Of a DNA stretch of 64,000 bases, positions 26,674-38,898 are shown piece after piece. A program made the position numbers and the translations under genes. The notes under the pieces were generated by a model. It ran no database searches. It saw nothing but the letters and a program-made list of their open reading frames with translations, and was not told the origin of the DNA. Each line of letters begins with the position of its first letter. Position 1 is the first letter of the stretch. Source of the stretch: Ascidiella aspersa (Eukaryota); contig OZ004614.1 in assembly GCA_963924565.1 (NCBI GenBank), forward strand, positions 25,544,001 through 25,608,000, in the 5' to 3' direction.

Positions 26674-29600
26674 CTTTCTACTTCCAGTTGTAGAGTGTGT
26701 CCGGACTGTTTGACGAACTGAATGGCTTCAGTGCGAAGACCACTGAGCTGAACGTGGTTTATTCCGTACACAACATCACCAATGAACAACCCACCACTCT
26801 CTGCTTTGCCACCTTTTTCAAGCTGGAGAATAATGAAAACATTGAAATGCTGGGTTTAAACCAGTGGTTCTCAAAGTAGGGCCTGGTAAAATGTTGATGG
26901 GGCATGCATGTTATTAAGTGATGTAGCGACACTTTTAGAGGCGTTATGTTTGCCTTTTTCCTATTTTTCTTGTGCCTTTTTATATCCGGTTCTAGTGTGT
27001 TCTTTTTGATTCGGCGCACCTGGAATAAAGACTTACCCTCGCCTTATTAAAAACCAAAAGTAGTTAAATAACTTGGCAACAGACAAAAAAATAGACTGGA
27101 TCTCTTAAATCTTATTAATAAAAAATAGAATTCAAGGATCACAAACAATATACCAAGTGAGCAAATAAACTACTCACTATCAAACAATTTAACTGCAATG
27201 TAAATGTCATAAAAGTAGGAACAATGATTTGTACAACTTTATAATGGAATGATTTTTACCATCGAAAGTAAATGCTTTTGGAAAGGAATAAAAATAGATA
27301 AAACTATTGCAGGTAAATTTAAACAATCAAACATACATGTGAAATTTGGCTTACACATTTAGTTTTCCTAATATGGTTAAAGTGCTGTGGATTTTAACAC
27401 ACAATATGTGATGCCGATAATCACAAATTTTTTTAAAACATCAAGAAAAAACAAAACTTTGTTTAAGATATTTAAGTTGTGCATATTCAAATATGCTACA
27501 AGCAGCACGATTTAATCATTCACAAGGCATAAATTTTGCAATATTTATATACAATACTACAATATCCTACTAGATGGGATCACCAACATTTAAATCCAAT
27601 CAAAATGTAAAAGAGTGCCTTAGGCATAAGACTCATTTCAACAGACATCAACATTCTTTGCTGTGCCAGCCAGTGTTAATACCTTCAATGTCTGGCATGG
27701 TTTGTGTAACATCAAACAGACGTTTCCAATATAATTTACTTAAGAGTTGGTGCTTTTATTGCAAGTGCATTTAAATATCCTTTTGAACTATGGATATTGA
27801 ACTATTTAGTAAAAATATTTCCAAAAGTCAATGCTATAGTTTACAACTCACTTCATAACAGGTATCACAAATAATTTTGTTGAAAAAAATTGTTTTTTGA
27901 TGCAAAATCAAATTAAATAAACTATTGGACAGTTCCCAAAACACTAATTGTTATTTTGTAACCATTAGCATTAAGGCAATGCATTTTTAAACTGTAAAAG
28001 GCTGTTAACTGTAATCTAAAACGAATATAATAATTGTTCACATTTTTACCTTTAACAGAAAGCTTTAAATCCAACACACATAAAAATATTTAAATACAGT
28101 AAAACTATGTTGCTCAAGAAAAACAAATTTTGAAGAACTAAAAAGTTTATAAATATATGCTTATTATAGTTATCCAGAAACCAACTTTTGTTCTGGGTTT
28201 GTATATTATTCACTACATTGTTATTTCCTGATATATATATATAGGAAGCTATCATAGTCATATTCAAACTCTAAGCAGGAAACAATTCAGTTTGAATAAG
28301 CAATCTCAAAGAAAAGGCTTTAACAGCAATACTCACTGGTTTAAAGCAACCTTTTAAAATACCACACTGCTTTATTTTTACAGCGAAGCTATTTCCAACA
28401 ACTAGTAGTACCAAGTATGATTAATCTTACATACCTATATATAATATATAAAACAACAGTCTCTTAGTCTCTTAAAATGTTTTAGCAGCGACCAAAGCTC
28501 AACCTTTACATGTAAAACCTAATAGAGCAAACCATATAGAAATGTATTTTCAGTAACATTTAGTGTTATTCAATTTCTTACAACTGTCCTAATAATTGTT
28601 ATTATTGTCACAAATATTCCAGGTATTCATCACTATGTTTTTTGGTAGTAGTGAAGCTGCATTCTTTATTTTCTAAAGGGCATTAATATATATGTTACTT
28701 GGCGATACAATCAAATAGAGATTGTATTGCATTTTAAGTGTACATGTGTGGACTTATTAAGAGCTTTTAAAACCTGGTAAGCTAATAGGGATTAGTGGTT
28801 AGCCCTTTTAGAAGCAGACCAAAGTGTAACAAGAGAAAATACCAGGTTATATAAGACAAGCAATGCTCTACACTGCTTTTGTGTATACAACGAAATACCA
28901 AATTTATATCTTTTCTAAAACTAAAAACTCTGACTAAATTGTAGTATTGAAAATAGATAGGTAAATAGAAACACCTCTCACAAAAAATGCACATATTTTC
29001 TAGCAATAACAAGTTCATTTGTGTATTCATTACATTGTAATGGTGTATTTACATTTAGTTATATCAACAAATTATTTTTTTATTCTGAATTGTTAAATTA
29101 CAAAACGTTTAAATTGTTGTATTATTTATGCAAAACATTAACAATGACTCTTTATAAAACACAAACTTACAATTTTTACAAACCATATTTGGCCAAAATA
29201 AAATTTATACATATAAGTTTGTTTTTTAATGTTTCTACTATTACAAAACTTTTTTTAAGTGCAACATGTGTTGTAAAAAAATATATATTTGGCAAAATAA
29301 ACAGAAACACAAATGCCAGAAAAAGAGCAGTTTTTTTGCTGCAATAAAAAAATATATGTCTGGATTTTATTAACTGCAGAAATTTGACATCAATTTTTTT
29401 GTAAATTGCTTTTATGGACCCAACAATCGCAGAGGCTTTAATATATCCCCACTAAATCAATTAAAAGTTTCTTTAAACACTGTTTACCAAACATAGGGGA
29501 ACCAAACTTGTAATATTTTTACTTAGAATTAATAATAAAAATATTTTACAATAGTTAGCAGAAAAGTAATGAAAAACATTTTATATTTCTGTGATTTTTT

Positions 29601-29875
29601 GGTAAATAAGTATTTAATGGTGATTTAGAAAAGTATAGACAACACAAATCTTCTTAAAAAACAAAACACAAACCTTCTTTGGGGCTTTTATGAATTGTTG
29701 CAAAGTTTAATCCAGTGTTCAAATAATTTCACACATTAATTACACCAAAGCATGCAAGTAGAAATACCTTTGAAACCACAAGTGGCTTGTTGTTTTCTTT
29801 TCCACCTTTGATAGAAAAACCCCAAGGTCTTCCACCTTCCAGCCGAACTTCAATTCTTTCGCGTCTTGAACTCAT
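26674..29875 (-). CDS. SHROOM: Shroom-family protein, N-terminal PDZ domain; coding exons 29768-29875 and 26674-26822; gene continues left of the window
   Basis: Spliced peptide MSSRRERIEVRLEGGRPWGFSIKGGKENNKPLVVSK|LEKGGKAESGGLFIGDVVYGINHVQLSGLRTEAIQFVKQSGHTLQLEVE(R) matches the Shroom2/3/4 PDZ pattern (GGxPWGF..KGG..PLV..K; LSGxRxEAIxxVKxSxxTLxLxVxR). GT-AG sites are canonical and an in-frame stop precedes the ATG. ASD domains are not in the window. Confidence 0.82.
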
Positions 29876-30109
29876 TGCAGACCTCTCAAATTAGTTGGAC
29901 GAGCATTGAATAAATAGAAATGCAACAGCTTGAATAGAAACTTGCTCAAATACGATTATTGAGCAACACACAATAATTCATTGTTAGAAATAAGCTGGAA
30001 ATATAACAATCAGTATTTTTTTTTAAAGTTTGCATTATTAGTGCCTTCCCGCCAAAGATCTTCGGCTGAAATACTTCCAGTGACATTATTTGACACAAAC
30101 TTTGTTTAG

Positions 30110-30495
30110 TTCGGGCTGGCTCTGGTCTAGAATTTTAACACAGCATTTAAACAATTATTACATCAACAAATTTATAATGTCCCACCTAATCTAAATGCTA
30201 ACCCGCACCCCAACCCAAATAATGTGCGTTGTGGTAGGATTCTTAGACAAGCGACTTTCTCCATATTACACTTAGCATTTCTGGTGTATACAAAAAATAC
30301 GATTTCGGTGACAATTTAAAAATCTACCACAGTTTTGCCTGAGCTTTTATTTCGCTCACAATATTTGAATTAGTTAACATATGGTTTAATTATTATTATT
30401 ATATTTATTTTCCCAAATTTCTTACTTGCATCCTCGGTTTTGACAACTCGTTTCGTTACTGTAAAAAATTGGTAGGATTCTAGACTACCGCCTTA
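30110..30495. mobile_element. MITE-like family with GGCGCTGGTCTAGAATCCTACCAC-type ends (degenerate copy)
   Basis: CTGGTCTAGAAT..CTAACCCGCACCCCAACCCAAATAATGTGCGTTGTGGTAGGATTC and GGTAGGATTCTAGACTACCGCC. The same family sits in both foldback arms (46207-46643 and about 54860-55260). Confidence 0.6.
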
Positions 30496-33400
30496 ATTTC
30501 AGTCATATTCTTTAAAAGCTACGGCCGTTTAATAATCTTTAAATTTTAAAAACATTTAAATTTCAAGAATTCGTAACTTTTAGAAATCTTCGGCAAAAGT
30601 TTAACATAAAACATACAGCTTTACAACTTAAATGATTAAATAAGTATATTTGCTGAGCTAAAGCGCAATAAGTCGGCTAAATCATATCGTATTTCTGTAA
30701 TTAAATACCTTACAACCATGGAAGCAATCAATTTAATACAGAGGAGAAAAAACTTAAATGTTTGTAATATTGCATGAAACGTCGAAGAGGCAATCTAACA
30801 ATTTAATTTTAAACTCGAATAAAACTCCAATTTTTTAACAATCTCCGTCTAAAAACAGGTGTATATAAAAAAAATAATTTAAACACGGTTTTAAATTAAT
30901 TTTTTATGTTTTTTAGGATGAATTTTGACAGTTTTACATGTTGTTATTAATTATCGGTGCGTTACAAGTTACACGGGGGATTTGACGTAGTTGTATTTTT
31001 TAAGTGTTTAGATCAGCGGTTCCGCTTGATCGATGATTGTCATGCTTGGTTGAACACTGGATTACGTACTTGTGAGCGCCGAAAAGTGAAAATGTTGCGC
31101 AATTCTTGTCGGGTTTACTTACAAACACAGCTTTGCACAAATATGCAACAAAAAATCTTAGTTTAAAAGCATTCAACGAAATGGCGGGATAGCCTTGTTA
31201 AAGGAGAACATGGCCTGGTAAAAAAAAACTTTTTTTTTCAGCAAATCTTTAACCGGAACGCCATACCGGACCGTTTCGGGTTACTTTTACCACTGCTTAA
31301 AAATTTAACACCCTTATAAATGAAATTAGGAATTTCCAATCATTTACATTTTATTCCGATACCGATGTTCGATATTTTAGACAAAAATTATCGCGATTCA
31401 ATCCGACATATAATGACGTAATTCCTATGCTTAGCAAAATAGATGAAATTGAAACGTTGAAAGGTAATTGCTTTTTCGGGTTATTTAGGCAAACGTTATC
31501 GCAATTGGTAAACTCGTCTGATTATGAAGAATAACTCTACTAAAAAATAACAGAAACGCGAAATATAGTGAGCTAATATTTTTGCACAAATTGAGATAAA
31601 TAACCAAATTTTGCTTAATGACAAGCTACCTCCAGATGTTAACCAATTACTTTTTGATAAATTTACATTTTGAAAGCCTTAACTTATTTATCTTCCTATA
31701 ACAATTCGGTATCGGATCGGCACCGATACCACCCTAGTATCGGACGATTGCCGATACTACTACTTGGTATCGGGTATCGGCTTTGGTCAGATATTATCGT
31801 ACAAATGCAATCAGCGTAAATTTTATATAAAAGCACACTTTTCAAAGCAAACGTGTAGGTAGCTGTAGTTAACTAGACTTAACGCTTTTATGTGCAAGCG
31901 CCCGTGAAAGTTGCTTTGTGTTGTCAAACGAAATAAAGGCAACTACGCAAGCGCTTTTCAAACCAAGGGAGTTAAACAAAACCGGTTATCCTTCTCCTAA
32001 GAACAGATTAAACATTTCTAGGTGTCGCCCCTTTCACGGAATGAACCGCAATTTTCCGAAACATTTCCGCAAATCCGCAACAAAAGTTGTTGATAAATAT
32101 AATTTACGTAGCATGAATTACGGCAATAAACCGAAATTATTATCGTTTTTTAAAGCTTTTGGTGGCCCGCGCAACGTTATAATGCGGCCCGAAATTTAAT
32201 ATCATTTTTCGGCTTATTACTACGGTTTTGAACAAGCGCGGACCATGGGTCACGTGGCCACTGGCCATGTCCGACAAACTGTATTTTTTTTCCTAGTTCA
32301 ATCGAATTTGTGTTTCTAGTATGTATTAGCCCAATGCTTTTCATCCTTTAACATTTCCATCCGCACTTTTTTATTGCAAAAAATTTCCATCCGCACGGAA
32401 CAAGCATAGTAAGTTCGCACACTTTAGCTTGATTTGTGAAATAACAATGAAAGGGTCGGTGTATTCAAACCGTGTGCCTAAGCCTTGACCAATATAACAT
32501 AGATAGCTTAATCTGCAATGAACCTCTACGCGAGACCATATTACTGTGAATGTAACGGGTGCCAAAGCTTATTTAATTACTCTATTACACCTACTAAAAA
32601 CTAATAACATGTACCATTTTCATCCGCACATTCATCCGCACAGCGTTTGTCATCCGCATTACATTTTGTTTTCATCCGCACAAGTGCGTACCATCCCACG
32701 GGTTGAAAACCTCTGTATTAGCCAATTAAAATAAACGTATTAGAAGAAAGGCGTCGTGATTCTCATTGCAAACTACGGCCCGCAAAGCAATTTAATTCGC
32801 CCCGCGGCTCATTCTCAATAAAACTATTTTAGGCAAATATGAACCGTAACATTTTCTATTGATTTCAGAATATTTTATTGAATACATTACTCTTGTAAAG
32901 CATCCTCAACTATTCCCATACTTTTGAAAAAATAAAAAAAATCTCGTATCCAACATCTCTTCAAGTTTTGCATTTTTTCTGTTTGATACACACCGATTTG
33001 CAGTAACAGTTTTTTTGATATTTTGTCCAATTGTTTTCCTTCTCTCTCGTTTAACGTGAAGAATCAAATCAAACGGGCTCAAACAACTCTGGGATGAACA
33101 GTGTCTATGCAGGGTTGAGAACAATAGTGGATTGCGACTATATGAAGACCAAATAAAATATAAGAAATTAAAGCACCCAAAAGCAATTTCTATTTGGCTA
33201 ATACGCCAAAATTTGCTTCAGTGTTGAGAAGTTGAATTACTTTACGTTGTTAACCTATTATTTTTTTTTAAATTAACCAGAAATCGCTGGGTTGGATTAC
33301 AAATCATAGCTGAAGTATCTATATTATGTTCACCTTTTCAAAATGTTTCAGGCTTTTTTTGTGTCGTTTACGAGCTATGTATTCTTTTTGGTTACAATTT

Positions 33401-33583
33401 TCCGGTCACATATTGTCCTATAGTCGTTTGCTTTTAAAAGCAAAAACCGGTCGTTAAAATAAAACAAAAATACAAGGTAAGTTATTAAACATTATTTCGA
33501 AATTACTTATTGGAAGTTGCTAAGCTTAATCCATGATATCTTGGCATGTTACAAAACAACAATATTCGGTAATGTATAAAATG

Positions 33584-33925
33584 CAGTGCTGTAAACAAGT
33601 CATTTTTGAAAGAACTTGAGCCCAAATCAAGTCGTTTTTAATAAATAACAAGTCAAGTCAAAATTAGAGAAAATCATTTTCAAGTTAAGTCCGTGTCATA
33701 AAAGTTAAACTTTAAATTTTGGCAATCTATTCCGATTTTGAGCAGTAACTCAACTAAAAAATAACGAAACATATAGCAAACAAATTGTTTTATATGCAAA
33801 ATTTAAGATAAATAACCCAATTTTATAATAAAAAATGCCTAATAAAAACACTTCATTTCAACCCAAGTCATTTGTCCAAAAGTGTTAAGTAATTGAAAAC
33901 AGTGACTCAAGTCATTACAACACTG
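33584..33925. mobile_element. hAT-like MITE with AAGTCAAGTC-rich subterminal repeats
   Basis: Ends CAGTGCTGTAA ... TTACAACACTG, no clear TSD. Related copies at about 3660-4000, 38200-38640 (with a 31-bp tandem expansion at 38525-38640), 42620-43230 and 59175-59250. Confidence 0.65.
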
Positions 33926-35444
33926 TTTCAAATCTGAGCATTAGCTTGTTTTTTTTTAGTTTCATGCAATAACCCACTCTACTGCAGCTTACAAAGGATC
34001 ATATAAACAGCTTTTCAGAATACTTTCAGTTTGATTTTCAATTGACCAAAAGAGATAAAAATTGACAAGAAGAAACTAAGATAATAAAAAATGAGTCATT
34101 GTAGGTTTTTAAAAAGTTAGTAGAAAAGGATTAAATGTAAAATATTTTGCTCGTTTTAAATAATGCGAGGAACAAATGGTAACCAATTGTATTTTTTTAG
34201 GAGCACCTTAGAAACGTCAAAGTCAGTTGGAACATAACAGCGGAACGTTACACAGATTTAAAGACATTTTGGAAAGTTTAAAGACATTTAGGAAAGCAGG
34301 TGAATGTCTAGCTGCTGCACATCAGCATTCAACATCGGGCAAAATACACAACTGAATTTTCAAAGTAAGTACTCAGCAAACATTACGCTCGGCAAAGAAG
34401 CAAGATTAGACTTTGCACTTTGAAACTTCGACAGGGATTCTACTTTCTAGGAAGACGTTATCAGCGCTTTGAAACAAAACCGCGTTACATGCAATAAATT
34501 CTCAGGAACGAATTATCAATGGCAGGGAGAAGTTAACCTTCACCTTCAAGACTGCTTCTATACTTTGCAATGTGGTTTCGTGTTATTTTTGCGCATTTTA
34601 GGTAAGGCACGCAAAGGTTTAAACTTATAGCCAGAAAGCAAGCTTTTTCTTTTCAGAAAACGCCATAGTAAGATTTTCATGTAGTTAGTAATTTCGGATA
34701 CGCACAAATGTTTATGAAAAAAATAGTCGCCTATTTAAAGCCAATTATTAGATTAATAAAATCAAATAAACAACCAACGATAACATGAAACTCTGTTTAT
34801 AGACATTTTTAAATCTTAAAAATTATTAATATTTGAACCAAAAGCCTTTGAAGAATGTTTTAGACGCGAAATGTTTTTGAAGAAATAAATCTCTTAGCAT
34901 TGCGCAGTTAAAGGCTGCTACACAATTTACGGAAACGATGCACAGTTTTTTAAATGCTGACTGCAAGAACTTATTACTACAGTGTCACGTCTGCCATATT
35001 TGTGTTAAAATACAACACAAAACACAATGTTTAAAAGCAAAACATTCTAAAAGGGGGCAAATATTAAAAGTAAGAAGCTGAAACTTTAGATTGGGCATAT
35101 TGAACAACAAGGGGTTGTAGTTAGACGTAGAATGAATATCAAAGCCCATACAGAATATCATTTTGAACGCTTCGAGTAACTCTTTATTCAATTTTCAACA
35201 TAGAGAGAAGGCACTGATAGTAAGTGTATATATACCGCTGAAGGAAACGAGAGATACACTATCTCAACCGGGTTGAGCGGTGTACAAGCTTTGATATTCA
35301 CCCTACGTTTAACTAACCCAAATAATAGCGATGGTCTTCGTAACAATCAAATTCATTTTATCTAGTTTCTATTGAAGTTTAATAATCAGGCGCCCAATTG
35401 GACCGAAAATCCCTAACTGGATACAAATAGGGCCACTTAAGCCG

Positions 35445-38400
35445 TTACATTTTAACCACGGTGGGAGCAATCATCTTCGGTTGGTCGTAATACTCGCAGT
35501 CGGGAGGAGGCTGATTGTGGATCACAGTGGTCGAGATATGCTTCTCAGTAAAACCAGCTTCCAGCAGTTCCTTCACCTGCGTTTCCTAAAAACACGAGAC
35601 AACGACTTTCAAACGACCTTCACAACACGTGGCGGTCTCGTTAGGACCCGGCTTGAACAAATACTAGATTTAGCTGGCTTTCATTCGAACTTTGGATTTG
35701 AATCAAAGGTTTACAATGCACATATGCAAACATGGCTAGTGACAAGAGACGCTATGGTATGTTAAACAAAGGAAATTGTATAAAAATACTCCTTTAATTA
35801 GTTCAACTTATCGGAAACACAAAGATTATGATACTTATTCTTTAAAACACGGTTAGTGGCAAGTGACGCAATGGTATGTTACATTTTCTGAGACACTGAA
35901 TGTACAGCAACGCAAAAAGACAGCCCCAAAGTGGTCAATCAATTGTCATTAAATCGTCAAACCACTTCATTTCATTTTGCAAAGTCCACCTGGATTGTAA
36001 TTTTTAATTACTAATGTTAATCAATACATACAAAAAATGCCCTTTTAGTGTAAATAAGTTAATAACTGCAGTTCGATGTTGCATGATGGGGCAAATTGTA
36101 TTTTAAACTGCTAAATGTTAAACGACAGCAAATGTGTATCTTCCCAAATATTAGACTATGTTCGTTTCAACTTTGGATTTGAAGCAAAGGTTAACAATGC
36201 ACGTAAGCAAACATGGCTAGTTGCAAGTAACACCATGGTATGTTAAACAAAGGAAACTGTATAAAAAGACTCCTTTAATTAGTGAAATTTACCGGAAACA
36301 CAAAGATTATGATACTTATTCTTTAAAGCACGGCTAGTGACAAGAGACGCTACGGTATGTTAAACAATGAAAAATATAGGGCAAAACGACTGATTCGTTT
36401 AGTTTAATGGAAATACAAAGACTTTGATACAAAGCAAGTTATTTGTTAGTAATAGATCACTTGCTTTGCTTAAAACAAAGCACGGTTAGGGGGTTTCAGC
36501 AAAATATAAATTTCCATATTTTAAAAGTTAATTGCTGTTATCAATGTGAGTTAATAAAATAAACATTTTTCAAAATGAAAATCACACTTTCCTAATATAT
36601 TTAAGAAGCTTTATATACAGAAAACTGAAAAACTCTGATTAAAAAAGTTAAAAAAAAAATAGGCATTTTACCTGAAACATTTTCCCAATGTCAGTGTATT
36701 TGTTTTTCATGAGGTCACCCCATGAAGTTAGATTGCAGTAGGTCAGCACTCCACCGGGCTTTAGCAATCGATGTGCGTGCTTCTTTATAAACTTAAACTG
36801 ATGGGTATGCCATTCATCTTCGGACAATGGATAAGTGTCGTACAGAATGCCTGAAAAAAATCCATTGAAAATGTCTGCTTGTGTGTAATATTATACAAAA
36901 CATTTATATACTAGACAAGCTTGTTAGCTGCAAACATTCAACAGCATCTAGTTGTTTTTATTTCAGTCAACTTAAATCAACTTCTTATGTACATCTAGGA
37001 TACCAATTTGCTTTTCACAAAATAAAATAGAAACAAAACAAATTCTGACAAATTGCAAGACTTAAGATGACAAAACAAAATTTTTTAAAACAGAACTTTT
37101 TTTTGGGGGGGGGGGAGTTTTAAAGTAATATTTTTAGGGTTTTTTATTAGCAAGACCAAGTTAAGTTCACTTCTTACTAATAACAAATTTACTTGCCTTA
37201 TACAATATAAAATAAATATTAAACATTCTGTGGTTAATACTTAATAAAGGGCTTAGCATCACAGATTTTAAGGCCCAATATGGTAAGCTGACATTCTTTG
37301 AATTAAATTCCATTTAGTTTGTTTGTTTTACACTAAAAACTCACCACTGAAATGTCCACTTGGAAGACAATCAACAACATCTTCCCACATTCCTTTCAGA
37401 GGAACAACCTGGAAGTATTTGCAACTTTAATCAAGGTCGTTTAATTACTTTAATTCAGTAAAAATACAACAAGTTCAAGTTAACTTTAATTTGGGGATAT
37501 TTATATAAAAATAAAACAAATTTCATCACGTTTTTTTTGTGACAGGGAGAATACTGATGGAAAATGACCTAAAACAAAATGATACTGGCTTTTATGCCCT
37601 AAAGTAAATTCCTTTTCATACGGTGAGGTTGTTTTTCAGTCAAAAAATAACTAGGACATTTCTAAATGTAAAACCCATCAACTATCAAATTCACTTAATT
37701 CTATACCCCAGGGTGAATGGGTTTACCGGAACATAAAACAGTTTTTAAGTTTAGTATTATTTCGCCTTATTTTAAGATTTAACTAATGATGTTATATGTT
37801 TTCGGTGAAAACAGATAAATATAATATAATTTACATCAAAATGACACTAGCTTTTAGTCTCAAACAAATCATTATTACGTTGTGAGGTTGTTTTTCAGCC
37901 CAGGTTTGCAGGCGATCGAACACTCCATCGTTGCACTCAATGATCCAATGGTCTTTAATGTTGGCTTCCTGCATTTTGGTGGCTGCAATTGCCATCCCAA
38001 ATCCAATTTCCAAAACATGACCACCTTTTTAAATACAAAACAATAGATTAATGGGGTTAATGAGCATAATCATTTTATTTAATTCTTCATTATGGCTCGG
38101 TTTGGCAAGAAAATATTAAGGAATGGAATAAATTTAATCTTAACAGGCAATAAGATATTAGATTCTTGAAAACTGAAATACAGAAAACTAAACAAATTTA
38201 TTTTAGAAGCTTTATAATAATTTACCTGAGCAGTAACTTTTTTTAAATGACTTGACTTTGACTTGAATCACATTACTTGGGTTAAAAATAAGTGTTTTCA
38301 TTTACCAATATTTTATAAAATTAAGTTATCTCTCATAAGTTTTGCACTTGAAACAGTTAGATGGTTATAATATGATGTTTTTTCATTTTTTTCAAAAAAA

Positions 38401-38898
38401 CAGTCAGTTGAACAATTGCCTATATAATAAAATCAATTTTAGTTTATTGATTTATTTAGATATTGGTGATTTGGCTTGGAGATGGCTTCTAATAATTACC
38501 TGACTGAGACTTGTCTTGGGTAACTGATGACTTAAGTTATTTCACAAATGGCTTGACTTGGACTTAAGTTATTTCACAAATGACTTGACTTGGACTTAAG
38601 TTATTTAACAAATGACTTGACTTGGACTTAAGTTATTTCAAAATTATTCTTTACGACACTGGTAGACACATATTGAACTTAATATATTTCATGGGTTTAT
38701 AGATAGCATTAACTAACCTTTGCTTGATGCAATAGAAGCCAAAAGATGCATGTAGGGTGTTTCCCATCTCTCCATAACCGGCTTTCCCATAATTTTCAAA
38801 TGGGTGTCGGTTTGGTCGTAATTGGCATTTGCATCGGTCCATTTCGGTTTGCAATTTTCACCGGCATCAAAAATCGGCTTTGCTTCAACTGTGCTCAT
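35445..38898 (-). CDS. GAMT: Guanidinoacetate N-methyltransferase, 236 aa; exons 38718-38898, 37879-38024, 37345-37408, 36672-36850, 35445-35585
   Basis: Spliced translation contains [71 protein letters not shown] and ETQV..LLEAGF. All introns are GT-AG. Exon lengths 181+146+64+179+141 = 711 nt. Confidence 0.97.
35685..36370. repeat. Direct duplication of about 190 bp in the last GAMT intron
   Basis: AACTTTGGATTTGAA.CAAAGGTT.ACAATGCA..GGAAACACAAAGATTATGATACTTATTCTTTAAA at 35687-35850 and 36169-36330. Confidence 0.85.
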
